Positions 28,461 to 37,030 of a stretch of 63,909 nt of DNA are shown in pieces. A model generated the notes under the pieces. That model had not been told where the DNA came from, ran no database searches, and saw only the letters and a program-made list of their open reading frames with translations. Made by a program: the position numbers and the translations under genes. Source of the stretch: a virus (lineage: Duplodnaviria > Caudoviricetes); the IMG/VR virus record IMGVR_UViG_3300017700_000715, positions 1-63,909 of that record; one strand, 5' to 3'. Positions within the stretch are counted from its first letter, which is position 1, and every line of letters starts with the position of its first letter.

Positions 28461-30468
28461 GAGGAACAACCTCTCCCCAACTGGATCCAAAATCAGGTGA
28501 AGCATCAAATGGAATGGTCGTCTCAATAGCGTGCTCCATGATCTCTTGGGTCCTGATTAACTCATGATCACTGAAAACGGTTCTACCGAGCTCGTCGTAC
28601 ACTTGTACTTGGGGAGTAAGACCCTCACCATCAAGAAGAATGATGCACTTCTTAATCTGATCGGCGGCGGAACCTTGGACCAAAGCATTCAATGCCTTGT
28701 GTACCATGGCACGGGCCACATTCTCAGCACCCCACTTCTCACAAGCTTCTTCATATGTGGGAACGGGTTTATTCCAAATGAAGGCATTGTCATGTTTGTC
28801 GGGAGAATATGACTTCTCCCACATGCTGAACCGTCGCTTACGACCGAGAATGGTCATGATCCATCCACGCTTGGCGACCATCTCCATACACTTCTCTTCG
28901 AGCTTCTTGACGTAGGGCACACCGTCATGGTAGGCTCTAAAGATCTCGTCCGCGACCTTTCTTGTGAGGTTCAATTTCTTGGCAAGCTTAGCCTTGCCCA
29001 TACCGTAAGCAGATCCAAGGTTAATGTCCTTGGCATTGCGCCGACCGATATCTTTACCTGACTTGTCCTTGACAAGATCAGCCGTCATCTGGTGATAGTC
29101 AATCTTGGGATTGTCGAGATACTTCTGTCGAGCCTCGGCTGCACCTGGTAAATCTAGCAAATAGGCGTAATGCAAGAGGATCCGAGGTTCTTGCTGGCTA
29201 TAGTCCCACTTGCCCCACTTTCCACCTTCGTCTGGTATGAATAGAGACCGGACCTTTTTGCCCCACAAAGGTGAACGCGTCGGAATGTTTGTGAGATTTG
29301 GCTTAGATGACGCAATACGACCTGAACGAGTGCCTTTGCTCTTGCCACCATCTTCATCTTCTTCCATGGCACGTAATTGATGCCAATTAGGATGAAGACG
29401 ACCTTTGACATTCTTCTCAAGGATCATGCCCTCAACGAAGTCGCACCGGATCTTATGAAGTGTACGCCATTCGTTGAGTTGCAGACAAAATGGATCAGTC
29501 TGAATTTCAAGCCAATCACCATTGACCGATAGATTGTACTCACCAGTTTTCTGATTGATGGTGCCGGTCGTGGGAAGTTCTAGACCACGAGCTTGGAGAG
29601 CTGCTATAAGGTGTTTGTTAGAGCCGAGATTGATCCGGTATCCAGCCATATCGGCGAGGACATCATAGATTGAGTCCTCAGCAGATTTCATCTCGTTGCT
29701 GAGTTGCTCAGCACGGTCCAAATCTACTCTAATTCCACGAAGGCGCATTTTGAATAGAATAGGCTGAAGCTGCTGCTCCAACAAGAAGATGTCCCAGACT
29801 TCATCAGCCTTTAGAGCCTGTTCTTGCTCAAGGAAGATCATGACTGGGTTTTCAGCGTCATCTTCAGCATATTCACCAACGTATTCTGATGGCAAATACT
29901 TCATATGCTTTTTTGGATCCGCTCCATAACAGGCTGCGGCTTCTCGAAGCTTTGCTTCATTCTTGCCGTATCCTAGGTAATCTTTAGAAAGCACATCAAG
30001 GCTATAACCATCAGCCTTTTCTTCATTGAGCAATGGCTCCGCGACCTGAATATCACAGAGATCACCAAAGATCGGGATATCAAGTGAGTTTAACGCTTCA
30101 AGTTCATAGGTAAGATTTGCGCCGCATTTCGGCTGCCTTGCATCTTTGAGATGATGCTTGATATATGACACGACTTGGCTCTTGTCAAGGTTTCCCGAGA
30201 CATGGCCAAATGGCAGATATATCTTACGGCTGTTTTCATCAGCCATTGAGATGCCAATGACTTCAGCATCTCCACGAATAAAACCCGGACCTTGTTTGTC
30301 AAGGTTTGGGTCGTTTGTTTCAACGTCGATGCCGATATATTCGGACCTAGAGAAGTCAGGCCACTGCGTAGAGTCAGTGGGTACCTGCCAAGTCTTATCA
30401 GGTGTAAACATAGGAAGTTGGTTTACGTCACTGATGGTTTTGGATCCACGTCTTCCGGGTCTACGCAT
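28441..30468 (-). CDS. Family A DNA polymerase with 3'-5' exonuclease domain
   Basis: IDVET exonuclease I; SGRIASSKPNLTNIP; DYSQQEPR (A); RRNAKDINLGSAYG (B); QVYDEL (C). Confidence 0.92.
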   Translation of the reverse strand: MRRPGRRGSKTISDVNQLPMFTPDKTWQVPTDSTQWPDFSRSEYIGIDVETNDPNLDKQGPGFIRGDAEVIGISMADENSRKIYLPFGHVSGNLDKSQVVSYIKHHLKDARQPKCGANLTYELEALNSLDIPIFGDLCDIQVAEPLLNEEKADGYSLDVLSKDYLGYGKNEAKLREAAACYGADPKKHMKYLPSEYVGEYAEDDAENPVMIFLEQEQALKADEVWDIFLLEQQLQPILFKMRLRGIRVDLDRAEQLSNEMKSAEDSIYDVLADMAGYRINLGSNKHLIAALQARGLELPTTGTINQKTGEYNLSVNGDWLEIQTDPFCLQLNEWRTLHKIRCDFVEGMILEKNVKGRLHPNWHQLRAMEEDEDGGKSKGTRSGRIASSKPNLTNIPTRSPLWGKKVRSLFIPDEGGKWGKWDYSQQEPRILLHYAYLLDLPGAAEARQKYLDNPKIDYHQMTADLVKDKSGKDIGRRNAKDINLGSAYGMGKAKLAKKLNLTRKVADEIFRAYHDGVPYVKKLEEKCMEMVAKRGWIMTILGRKRRFSMWEKSYSPDKHDNAFIWNKPVPTYEEACEKWGAENVARAMVHKALNALVQGSAADQIKKCIILLDGEGLTPQVQVYDELGRTVFSDHELIRTQEIMEHAIETTIPFDASPDFGSSWGEVVPHVTGLF

Positions 30469-30962
30469 CAGGTTTTCATCCGCTCTTGCTTAATTCGTTC
30501 CATCAATTCAATGGTGAATTGAGATTGAAAATGTTCCCAAGTTCTTCTTTTGCCTTGTGCACCAAGCCATAACACCTTAGACTCGTTGTGTGGATATTCT
30601 TCAAGAAACACAATCCGTTCACAACCTGTATTCAGTAGCGACTTGATGCATTGCATGCATGGCGAGGCTGTGCAATAACATGTCCTAATATCTTCGACAT
30701 CATGGCATTGCACAAGGGCATTCATCTCAGCATGAGAAGCTAGACAAGCATCCAATCCACTACCAGAAGGCAGATCAGCACCAGGACACTTATGATCAAT
30801 ACAATGTCTAACACCTCTTGGCACTCCATTCCTACCCACACCAATGATGTGGTTAAGATGATTGGTCAGGACACAGCCGACCATACGCCGAAAGCAGGTT
30901 GAACCTGCTCCGGCGATAATGGCTTGCGACATAAAGATCTCATCATTATGCATTCGCTGCAA
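30468..30962 (-). CDS. dCMP deaminase family protein
   Basis: STC.RR.VG, G.NG.P.G, HAE.NA, SPC..C; start uncertain (TTG 30962 or ATG 30953). Confidence 0.88.
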   Translation of the reverse strand: MQRMHNDEIFMSQAIIAGAGSTCFRRMVGCVLTNHLNHIIGVGRNGVPRGVRHCIDHKCPGADLPSGSGLDACLASHAEMNALVQCHDVEDIRTCYCTASPCMQCIKSLLNTGCERIVFLEEYPHNESKVLWLGAQGKRRTWEHFQSQFTIELMERIKQERMKT

Positions 30963-31749
30963 GACGAAAGCCCTCCACAACACCATCACCTTTGGCGTGA
31001 CCCCAAAGCCAATGGATCAGATGCTCAGGTTCACCAAACCAGTCCAGCGGATCAAAGGCGGGATATGCCGCTGGCATGAAATCATCGGCAAGAATGAGCT
31101 TGACCTTCTCAAGGTTTGACTCATACAGATGCTGAGAACCTGCCGTCAACGTGATGTTGCCCAACTTCACAGTGAGACCAAGGTGGCGAAGATAAAGCGC
31201 CAAATACCCCGACAACATCGAGAAGTTAAAGATGTCATAAGGCCAGCCAAGGTAGGCATCAGACGACCGCATGGTGTCAAAGCAATAAAGCACACCATCT
31301 CGAATGAGCCACTGAACAGAGATAGTGCAAGGTACATCCTTGGTCTTGGGTGGGTTCTCACGCCAGATATTGATGACGGCTTGACGACTGCTTGGATCCT
31401 CTACCAAAGCTCGTGCAACACCGGCAATCTGGTCAACGATCTTAGGTCCGTAAGACCCAAAGAACCTGATACCATCATCACTGAACTTGGAGATCTCTTT
31501 GCTGAATGGAGCAATCTGATCGACCTTGTTGTCTCCAGACAGGATCCAGGCAGCCTCCGCTGCCATGAACTTGTAGCCAATCTTTCGGAAAGGCATGGTC
31601 ATAATGGGGTAAGCCATATTGACCTTGGACTGATATCCCATCATCTCGAGACAGGGCAGTCCACGGGGCGCCGTCTTGTTGCCATACTTGACGATGTCAC
31701 TGGCAACAGACAGCCAGGCTTGGTTGGCAGTGTAGGCTGGCTTAAACAC
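30946..31749 (-). CDS. Divergent thymidylate synthase homologue, likely dCMP (hydroxy)methylase
   Basis: SRQAV..IW, DVPCT, MRSSD..LG.PYD, S.HLY; Asp in place of the ThyA specificity Asn. Confidence 0.8.
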   Translation of the reverse strand: MFKPAYTANQAWLSVASDIVKYGNKTAPRGLPCLEMMGYQSKVNMAYPIMTMPFRKIGYKFMAAEAAWILSGDNKVDQIAPFSKEISKFSDDGIRFFGSYGPKIVDQIAGVARALVEDPSSRQAVINIWRENPPKTKDVPCTISVQWLIRDGVLYCFDTMRSSDAYLGWPYDIFNFSMLSGYLALYLRHLGLTVKLGNITLTAGSQHLYESNLEKVKLILADDFMPAAYPAFDPLDWFGEPEHLIHWLWGHAKGDGVVEGFRLAANA

Positions 31750-32698
31750 TGGCGAGTCCTTTCAAGAACATAAGATCGTCTAGCTCTTTGGGAGCAAACC
31801 GACGATACCACTGAGGATGTTTTATCATGTCATGATCGATTTGGAAACGATTAAGTGCAGCAGAAGCACTGTGACCAAGGGCTACAACTGAAGATGGTTG
31901 AAGTTCGTCAACATATCTGTCAAGTGGAACTTGAATACCCTCAGGAGCATGAGCATTTGCCCACGCAAGTTTGTCTTCACCGATACCCAATTCAGCTAGG
32001 GCATTAGTGATCCACAGTGAGCTATTGCCATACTCGAAGAATGGCCACACCTCACGACGGGTCTTAGGATTGCTCTGGTCACCCACCAACAGTATCTTGG
32101 GCTTCCAGCTATTGCCGGCTACAAGCCTGTTCTTGGGATCTTCCCACTCTGGGGCGACAAGATCGGTGACAGAAAAGGCATGATCAAGCAGCCACCGACA
32201 GTAATCATCGAGAAATCTTCCATGGGTGTCAAGGTCGTAGTGGACAGCATCAAATCTCGGCCCAAGCGACTTGTAGAGTTCGGCATACCCATCATATACA
32301 CCTTGCATGGTGGTGTACATTTCATCACGAGACTCCTTGAGTTTCTCGAAGCGCTCATAATATGCCTTCTGATCCGACGGGATACAGAAGACATAGGTCA
32401 CACCATGTTTCAACCCGACCCGATCAAGCATGCGACCACCGAGAGGCCATTTGCTGCCTCCTCGAAACACATCTGCATAGATCTTTTCTGAAGCCCACCA
32501 ACGATCCAGAATGACTGGTTGGTGTTGAGCATACTTAAGACAAAGTTCAATTGCTGCTGTGTGGTAATCAAACATACGATCTTTAAATCTATATGTTAAA
32601 TGAATATATTTTGAGTTTCCAAAATATTCAGCTAATTTATTACAGAGCGTTGTTTTGCCACTTCCATCTGGACCTTCCACGCAGATTATTGGATGCAT
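31742..32698 (-). CDS. dNMP kinase fused to a UDG-superfamily-like domain
   Basis: EGPDGSGKTT and LDR at N-terminus; ILLVGDQSNP...PF...N...VALG...HPQ at C-terminus. Confidence 0.72.
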   Translation of the reverse strand: MHPIICVEGPDGSGKTTLCNKLAEYFGNSKYIHLTYRFKDRMFDYHTAAIELCLKYAQHQPVILDRWWASEKIYADVFRGGSKWPLGGRMLDRVGLKHGVTYVFCIPSDQKAYYERFEKLKESRDEMYTTMQGVYDGYAELYKSLGPRFDAVHYDLDTHGRFLDDYCRWLLDHAFSVTDLVAPEWEDPKNRLVAGNSWKPKILLVGDQSNPKTRREVWPFFEYGNSSLWITNALAELGIGEDKLAWANAHAPEGIQVPLDRYVDELQPSSVVALGHSASAALNRFQIDHDMIKHPQWYRRFAPKELDDLMFLKGLASV

Positions 32699-33327
32699 TT
32701 GTTCATTTCCTCTCTTAGCTCTGAAGATAGAGACGATTTAAGTGGATACTTAGCTCGCCAAGCCATAGCCTTTATAGCTCTGTCTTTCTTGTATTTTAAA
32801 CTGCTAAACTGATTATAATACAAAAACCATAGTAAATAAGCTGCCGTTTCACCCGCTAATCTAGCGTATAGTATGGTTTTTCTAGGAACAATGGTAGGTG
32901 ATTTTAATCCAAGATTTTCTACAAAATCCCTGAATTTATCTATGTCTTCTTTTCTCCCACATAAATTCATATGAGGACCTGCATTATCATAAGCTACTAT
33001 ACAACCATCTCCATCTATCATTCCTCTCCAAAAATGCTTACTTATATAGATATCATCTCTGATTTCATTCTTAAGACCTAATTTTATTAGATTGGGTTGA
33101 GAAGTACCTATGGAAAACACTTCTTGAATTCCATAGGTACTTGATTTTACTGCGTGCGCTACGTTATCTTTTCCAATATAATGAGCAAACGCTTCAACGG
33201 GCTCCTTGTGTTTCTGAGCAAAATACAAGGTTCCATTTGATGATATGTGACCGTCAGCTTGAAGATAACCAAGCCAATACAAGTCTTCATCAGATAATGG
33301 ATCGTTAAATCGTTTTATAGCACTCAT
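32686..33327 (-). mobile_element. Free-standing double-motif LAGLIDADG homing endonuclease gene
   Basis: YWLGYLQADG and FWRGMIDGDG; visibly AT-rich compared with flanks. Confidence 0.82.
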
Positions 33328-33611
33328 CGTTTCGTTCGTTCCGTCCCGAATTCAGTTTCCAAGAGAAGCATATAATGCTCCTCATATTTGGCGCGCTTTT
33401 CTGCGTCGCATGTCTGCATTACCTTAGACGCCAATCGTGCCGTCACGACTAATGCTGCTCTGTCGCAAAGAAAATATGACCCAGCTAAAAGGCCCAAAGC
33501 CTTAAACATCTGCTCCACAATTTCAGTGAGAACTTCTTCATGGGCTGACTCAGACTTACGGTTGCATTGGCACAGAAAAGCCGAGTCTTCAGTTTTGATT
33601 GGCGTGGACAT
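33324..33611 (-). CDS. Hypothetical protein
   Basis: ORF coupled to both neighbours. Confidence 0.45.
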   Translation of the reverse strand: MSTPIKTEDSAFLCQCNRKSESAHEEVLTEIVEQMFKALGLLAGSYFLCDRAALVVTARLASKVMQTCDAEKRAKYEEHYMLLLETEFGTERTKR

Positions 33612-34095
33612 TGTCTTTCACCAGGTCACTGTGATCGGGGGCAGTCCATCCTTCGGGTTTGACCACATCGTAGGCCGAGCCACGCTTGCTGTCAGAGATC
33701 TTTGCAACCCGCACCTTGGCCATATTGGCGGCATGCACACGATGCCAGGCTTCCTTGAAATCAAAGCCATGAATGTGTGAAGTGCCCAATACAACGTACA
33801 CTAAGTCAACGAGACCGTCAAGCATTTCCTCAAGGTGCTTGGCCACTTTCTCTTGGTCAAGCTTCTCCAGTCCCAACTCGAACTGGAGGCTGACAGCGTG
33901 GTCCTCGTACTCCCGCAGCTCCTCCTTCATGAAGTCGCGACGGAACCTCGAGAGTTCGGGCTCAAGACTCCGGGGTTTTCCGTCGTACTCGAGACCAAAC
34001 TTCTTGTGAAATTCCTCGATGTCCTTGACAGGGTCAAAGGGTTTGCCGTAAGGCGCCGTCATCGCTTCTATGTAGATATCCCTCTCTTCGCTCAT
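33589..34095 (-). CDS. MazG-like/all-alpha NTP pyrophosphohydrolase
   Basis: EFH.KFG, EEL.E, D.LVDLVYV..GT, VH.ANMAK, KPEGW.AP. Confidence 0.82.
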   Translation of the reverse strand: MSEERDIYIEAMTAPYGKPFDPVKDIEEFHKKFGLEYDGKPRSLEPELSRFRRDFMKEELREYEDHAVSLQFELGLEKLDQEKVAKHLEEMLDGLVDLVYVVLGTSHIHGFDFKEAWHRVHAANMAKVRVAKISDSKRGSAYDVVKPEGWTAPDHSDLVKDNVHANQN

Positions 34096-34107
34096 GATAG
34101 TCTCCTG

Positions 34108-34410
34108 TTACTTTAATTGTTGATGCCAGGTTTTCAAACGCATAGCTTTTGATTTCGCTCTATCCATGATCGCTTGTCTATCGAGTCCAAAATGATCTAT
34201 GTTCAGCTCTATATTTGCTAGAACGTCGGCCATTTCTTCTGATAACCAAACATGATTTATTTTACCTGTCTCTGGATCCCGTTCATCAATGCCTTGGATC
34301 ATGCATCTCGCAGCAGCTGAACCACATTCGTTAAGTTCTTCTAACAATTTTCCCAGATGCTTGAGATTTATTGGAGAAACGTCAGGATGCCACGGATCAT
34401 TATCAGACAT
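34108..34410 (-). CDS. Second MazG-like pyrophosphohydrolase
   Basis: KLLEELNE...EEMADV pattern. Confidence 0.6.
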   Translation of the reverse strand: MSDNDPWHPDVSPINLKHLGKLLEELNECGSAAARCMIQGIDERDPETGKINHVWLSEEMADVLANIELNIDHFGLDRQAIMDRAKSKAMRLKTWHQQLK

Positions 34411-34421
34411 GGATGCAATCC

Positions 34422-35393
34422 TTAGTTGTTGTGCTGCGGGTAACCTTCATAGGAGGCAAGCTGCTCCCACTTCTCAGAACTTGTCCAAGGCTTGGAAACC
34501 TCAGACAAGGGCTTGAACTTTCGGGCGTAATTGTCCTTGGCAAGTTTCAAGATCCAGATATTGTTGCGGGCATAGGCCGGCATCAATGGAGCAAAGATGG
34601 TCGCCAGAACATTGGTATCGTAGTACTTGTAGAGGCGTTCATACACCTCCTTACTGCCGGGGATCTCCTTGAACATTACGTCCCGGTAATCTCGTATAGA
34701 GGCGAACGTGCCATAATTCTCGGCAATCTCGAAGCCAAGATCCTCGATCATCGCGCCGAGTGCATCACGCTTCATCTCGTTGACATGGTTATCGGCGGCG
34801 CCAACGGACGAGTCATAGCAAGGCGTTGAGATAAACGCGACAGAGTCCTCACCATGATGGGCCTTGGTCTGCTCCATGATGAAGCCCATCTTGTTGAGCA
34901 TGGCCCGAGCATGGCTCGGCTCTACATGCTCAAGCACTTCAAAGCAGGTAATGATGTTCGGGAGATCGTGCTCGCCTTCTTCGACATCGCCGTCGATATA
35001 GAGAACCGGCTTGACGGTGTCATCGATGATCTCGGGCTGACGGACAAGCACCTGCTTGGAGGCGAAGTCGACGGAGCCATAAGCGGACAGCGGGAACTTG
35101 CCCTTGCTGAACATGTCCGTCTTGAACTTGGCCGATTTGTTGTAGTCAAGGCCGATGTAGTCCGCGACAATGAAACGGTTCGAGTAGAGCATCTTGGCAA
35201 GGGGCATGTCGACGCCGCAGCCAATGTCGAGGACTCGTGCGGTCTGATACCGGCCACTTGTGCCCAGTTTGCGGGCCACGTGTGTCCAACGGAAAACGTG
35301 TGCGATATAGTCGCGATGTATCATAATCCGTTCTTCCGCGGTATCAATCGACAGGTGTGTGTTGTCGATGCTCTTGCCTCGAACATTGGCCAT
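34422..35393 (-). CDS. Class I SAM-dependent methyltransferase
   Basis: VLDIGCG, YIGLD, FEVLEHVE, FISTP; no DPPY/NPPY or motif IV-type PC context of DNA methyltransferases. Confidence 0.8.
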   Translation of the reverse strand: MANVRGKSIDNTHLSIDTAEERIMIHRDYIAHVFRWTHVARKLGTSGRYQTARVLDIGCGVDMPLAKMLYSNRFIVADYIGLDYNKSAKFKTDMFSKGKFPLSAYGSVDFASKQVLVRQPEIIDDTVKPVLYIDGDVEEGEHDLPNIITCFEVLEHVEPSHARAMLNKMGFIMEQTKAHHGEDSVAFISTPCYDSSVGAADNHVNEMKRDALGAMIEDLGFEIAENYGTFASIRDYRDVMFKEIPGSKEVYERLYKYYDTNVLATIFAPLMPAYARNNIWILKLAKDNYARKFKPLSEVSKPWTSSEKWEQLASYEGYPQHNN

Positions 35394-35434
35394 ACTGAAA
35401 TCCTCAATTTTGATGGAAAAGCGTTACAATCTCC

Positions 35435-35463
35435 ATAATAGAGGATTATCTAGCTAAAGTAAA
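35435..35463 (-). promoter_or_regulatory. Promoter for the methyltransferase/nucleotide operon
   Basis: TTTACT-N17-TATTAT. Confidence 0.7.
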
Positions 35464-35488
35464 CTCAAATAGTAGCCGGGCTGTGGAT

Positions 35489-35516
35489 AAAGAAAAAGGG
35501 CGCCGAAGCGCCCTCT
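35489..35516 (-). terminator. Rho-independent terminator
   Basis: agggcgc-ttcg-gcgccct followed by a U-rich tract on - strand. Confidence 0.8.
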
Positions 35517-35518
35517 TA

Positions 35519-35809
35519 TCATCCAACAAAAATGCATTGACCTGTATATTTTCCTTCATCATCACAGGTTAGTGAAATTTTGATTTTGCAGTGACTGAAA
35601 TGGTCTCCACGACCAAAAATATCGCCAACAAATTTAAGAGCTGATTTTTGAGAAACCTCGATGAGGCAGGACATATCGTTATAGCCTCTCTGCTCTTCAA
35701 CATTGCTGTAAAGAAATGTTCCGCCGCGAACAAAATGCGTAACACCAGCGCGATAAGAACGCTTGATGAGCTTGATGGCTTCTTCCTGGGTGACGTAATG
35801 ATCGATCAT
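35519..35809 (-). CDS. Hypothetical early protein
   Basis: ATCAACCACGGAG leader/RBS before ATG 35809; own promoter and terminator. Confidence 0.65.
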   Translation of the reverse strand: MIDHYVTQEEAIKLIKRSYRAGVTHFVRGGTFLYSNVEEQRGYNDMSCLIEVSQKSALKFVGDIFGRGDHFSHCKIKISLTCDDEGKYTGQCIFVG

Positions 35810-35834
35810 GGTGTGTCTCCGTGGTTGATGATCC

Positions 35835-35863
35835 TTTGTAGAGTGTCCCAACGGAGAAGTAAA
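35835..35863 (-). promoter_or_regulatory. Early-type promoter
   Basis: TTTACT-N17-TACAAA followed by the conserved leader. Confidence 0.55.
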
Positions 35864-35885
35864 CAGCTAAATGAGAAATTCATGA

Positions 35886-36015
35886 ATAAAAAGAGGGCCC
35901 AAAGCATTTCTGCCTTGGACCCTCCCTCCAGCCGCTCAGCTCGTGCTGATGACTGCTCCCTCGCGGGCGGTCAACCCACCGCGGAGACGAATGGGTTGAC
36001 CATCCGCTCCGGGGC
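35886..36015 (-). ncRNA. Candidate structured RNA ending in a GAAA-tetraloop terminator
   Basis: About 17-bp stem 35963-35979/35991-36007, nested hairpin 35929-35955, terminator 35888-35924; mismatches mostly resolve as G-U on - strand. Confidence 0.45.
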
Positions 36016-36366
36016 TCAGGCCGCCGCCGTCTCGTCAACCGGCGCATCCGCCGGCACATCCTTGGCCTTCTTGCCGCGCTTGGGCTTCTCAGCAGCGCCC
36101 TCAGCGGCTTCCTTAGCGGGCTTCTCGTCGGCGCCCTCGATGGCGATCAGGCCATCCTCAACCATCTTCTTGGTGTAGAACTTGAAGACGCGGGCGGCGC
36201 CCTGGCGGGACTTGAAGCGCTCGTCAGCATCGATCTTCTCGAAGAGATCGCTCAGCGAGGTAGCAGTGCCGACACCGGTCGTGTCGTTCAGAACGGCCAG
36301 CATGGCCTGGATCTGCGGGGTCTTGACTTCGTCGCCGGGAACCTTGAGAAGGGTGACGGTCTTCAT
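36016..36366 (-). CDS. Winged-helix-like protein, paralogue 1, with Lys/Ala-rich tail
   Basis: TPQIQAML...KSRQGAARVFKFY..KM...GLI; AGGAG RBS; strongly biased codons. Confidence 0.65.
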   Translation of the reverse strand: MKTVTLLKVPGDEVKTPQIQAMLAVLNDTTGVGTATSLSDLFEKIDADERFKSRQGAARVFKFYTKKMVEDGLIAIEGADEKPAKEAAEGAAEKPKRGKKAKDVPADAPVDETAAA

Positions 36367-36420
36367 GGTGGAACTCTCCTGGGTTAAGGTTTAGAGCGTC
36401 CTTGCTCATTACCTGGGTTG

Positions 36421-36449
36421 ATAGTAGTCTCGAACTCAAAGCTTGTACA
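36421..36449 (-). promoter_or_regulatory. Promoter
   Basis: TGTACA-N17-TACTAT. Confidence 0.7.
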
Positions 36450-36474
36450 CCCATAAAGTGTGCCAAGCTTATGT

Positions 36475-36810
36475 TTATTTATGAGTCACTCCAAGGTCAA
36501 AATGACCATCTGACCCAAGCTTGGCATATTCAATCTCATAGTCATGTTTCTCGATGTGACGAAACATTGCTCTGGCTTCGTGGAGTGCTATCACCATCCT
36601 AAGATGGTAGATGATCTGGGCATTACCATCCCAAGGCACTTCAGAGTCGAGAAATTTCACGCGATCAATGAGAGCCCGACAGACTTCCTGATTAGTAGTG
36701 CCAGGCTTTGGTTCGTGAGGAGAACGCTGCACGAACTGTAGATGATGATAAGCATCACCATCAAGCTGCTTCAAAGCATAGGTATGACCGGGTTTAATGA
36801 CTTCAGGCAT
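36475..36810 (-). CDS. Tad1-like (Thoeris/CBASS signal sponge) protein
   Basis: GH.Y...LQF...GTTNQEV..ALIDR..FL....P...N..II.HL...I....AR...R resembles the Tad1 pattern as I recall it. Confidence 0.55.
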   Translation of the reverse strand: MPEVIKPGHTYALKQLDGDAYHHLQFVQRSPHEPKPGTTNQEVCRALIDRVKFLDSEVPWDGNAQIIYHLRMVIALHEARAMFRHIEKHDYEIEYAKLGSDGHFDLGVTHK

Positions 36811-37030
36811 GGCTAAATCCTCTATGAGGGGTGAGACATAGCATTCATTCGCCAGCGGCTATGCCTCAGATGAAGCTGGCTTATTGTAGGCCCATTAGTG
36901 ACGGCCCATTCTCCGCCTCCTTAGTTGTCCGACAGGCGACCGTGCGTCGTCGGCTCAAGGCCTGGCCTACAGTTGGCTCAGGCTCGGCTCATGGAGGATC
37001 TCCGGCCCCAAAGGGCCGGAGTCTCTGTTC
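36811..37030 (-). ncRNA. Candidate structured RNA with H-type pseudoknot
   Basis: Stems 36833-42/36858-67 crossed by 36851-56/36875-80; 36885-92/36964-71; hairpin 37000-37021. Confidence 0.45.

Noticed and set aside
34422-35393. Methyltransferase as a conventional restriction-modification DNA methylase
   Set aside because: Motifs are of the small-molecule class I type (FEVLEH, ISTP), without DPPY/NPPY or C5 methyltransferase blocks
35946-35992. CTGATGA...GAA on + strand resembling a hammerhead ribozyme core
   Set aside because: No proper stem II closing pair or GAAA, and G-U pairing favours the - strand
36833-36880. Pseudoknot as an HDV-like ribozyme or SAM-II riboswitch
   Set aside because: Lacks the P3/P1.1 elements and the conserved SAM-II nucleotides; kept only as an unassigned structure
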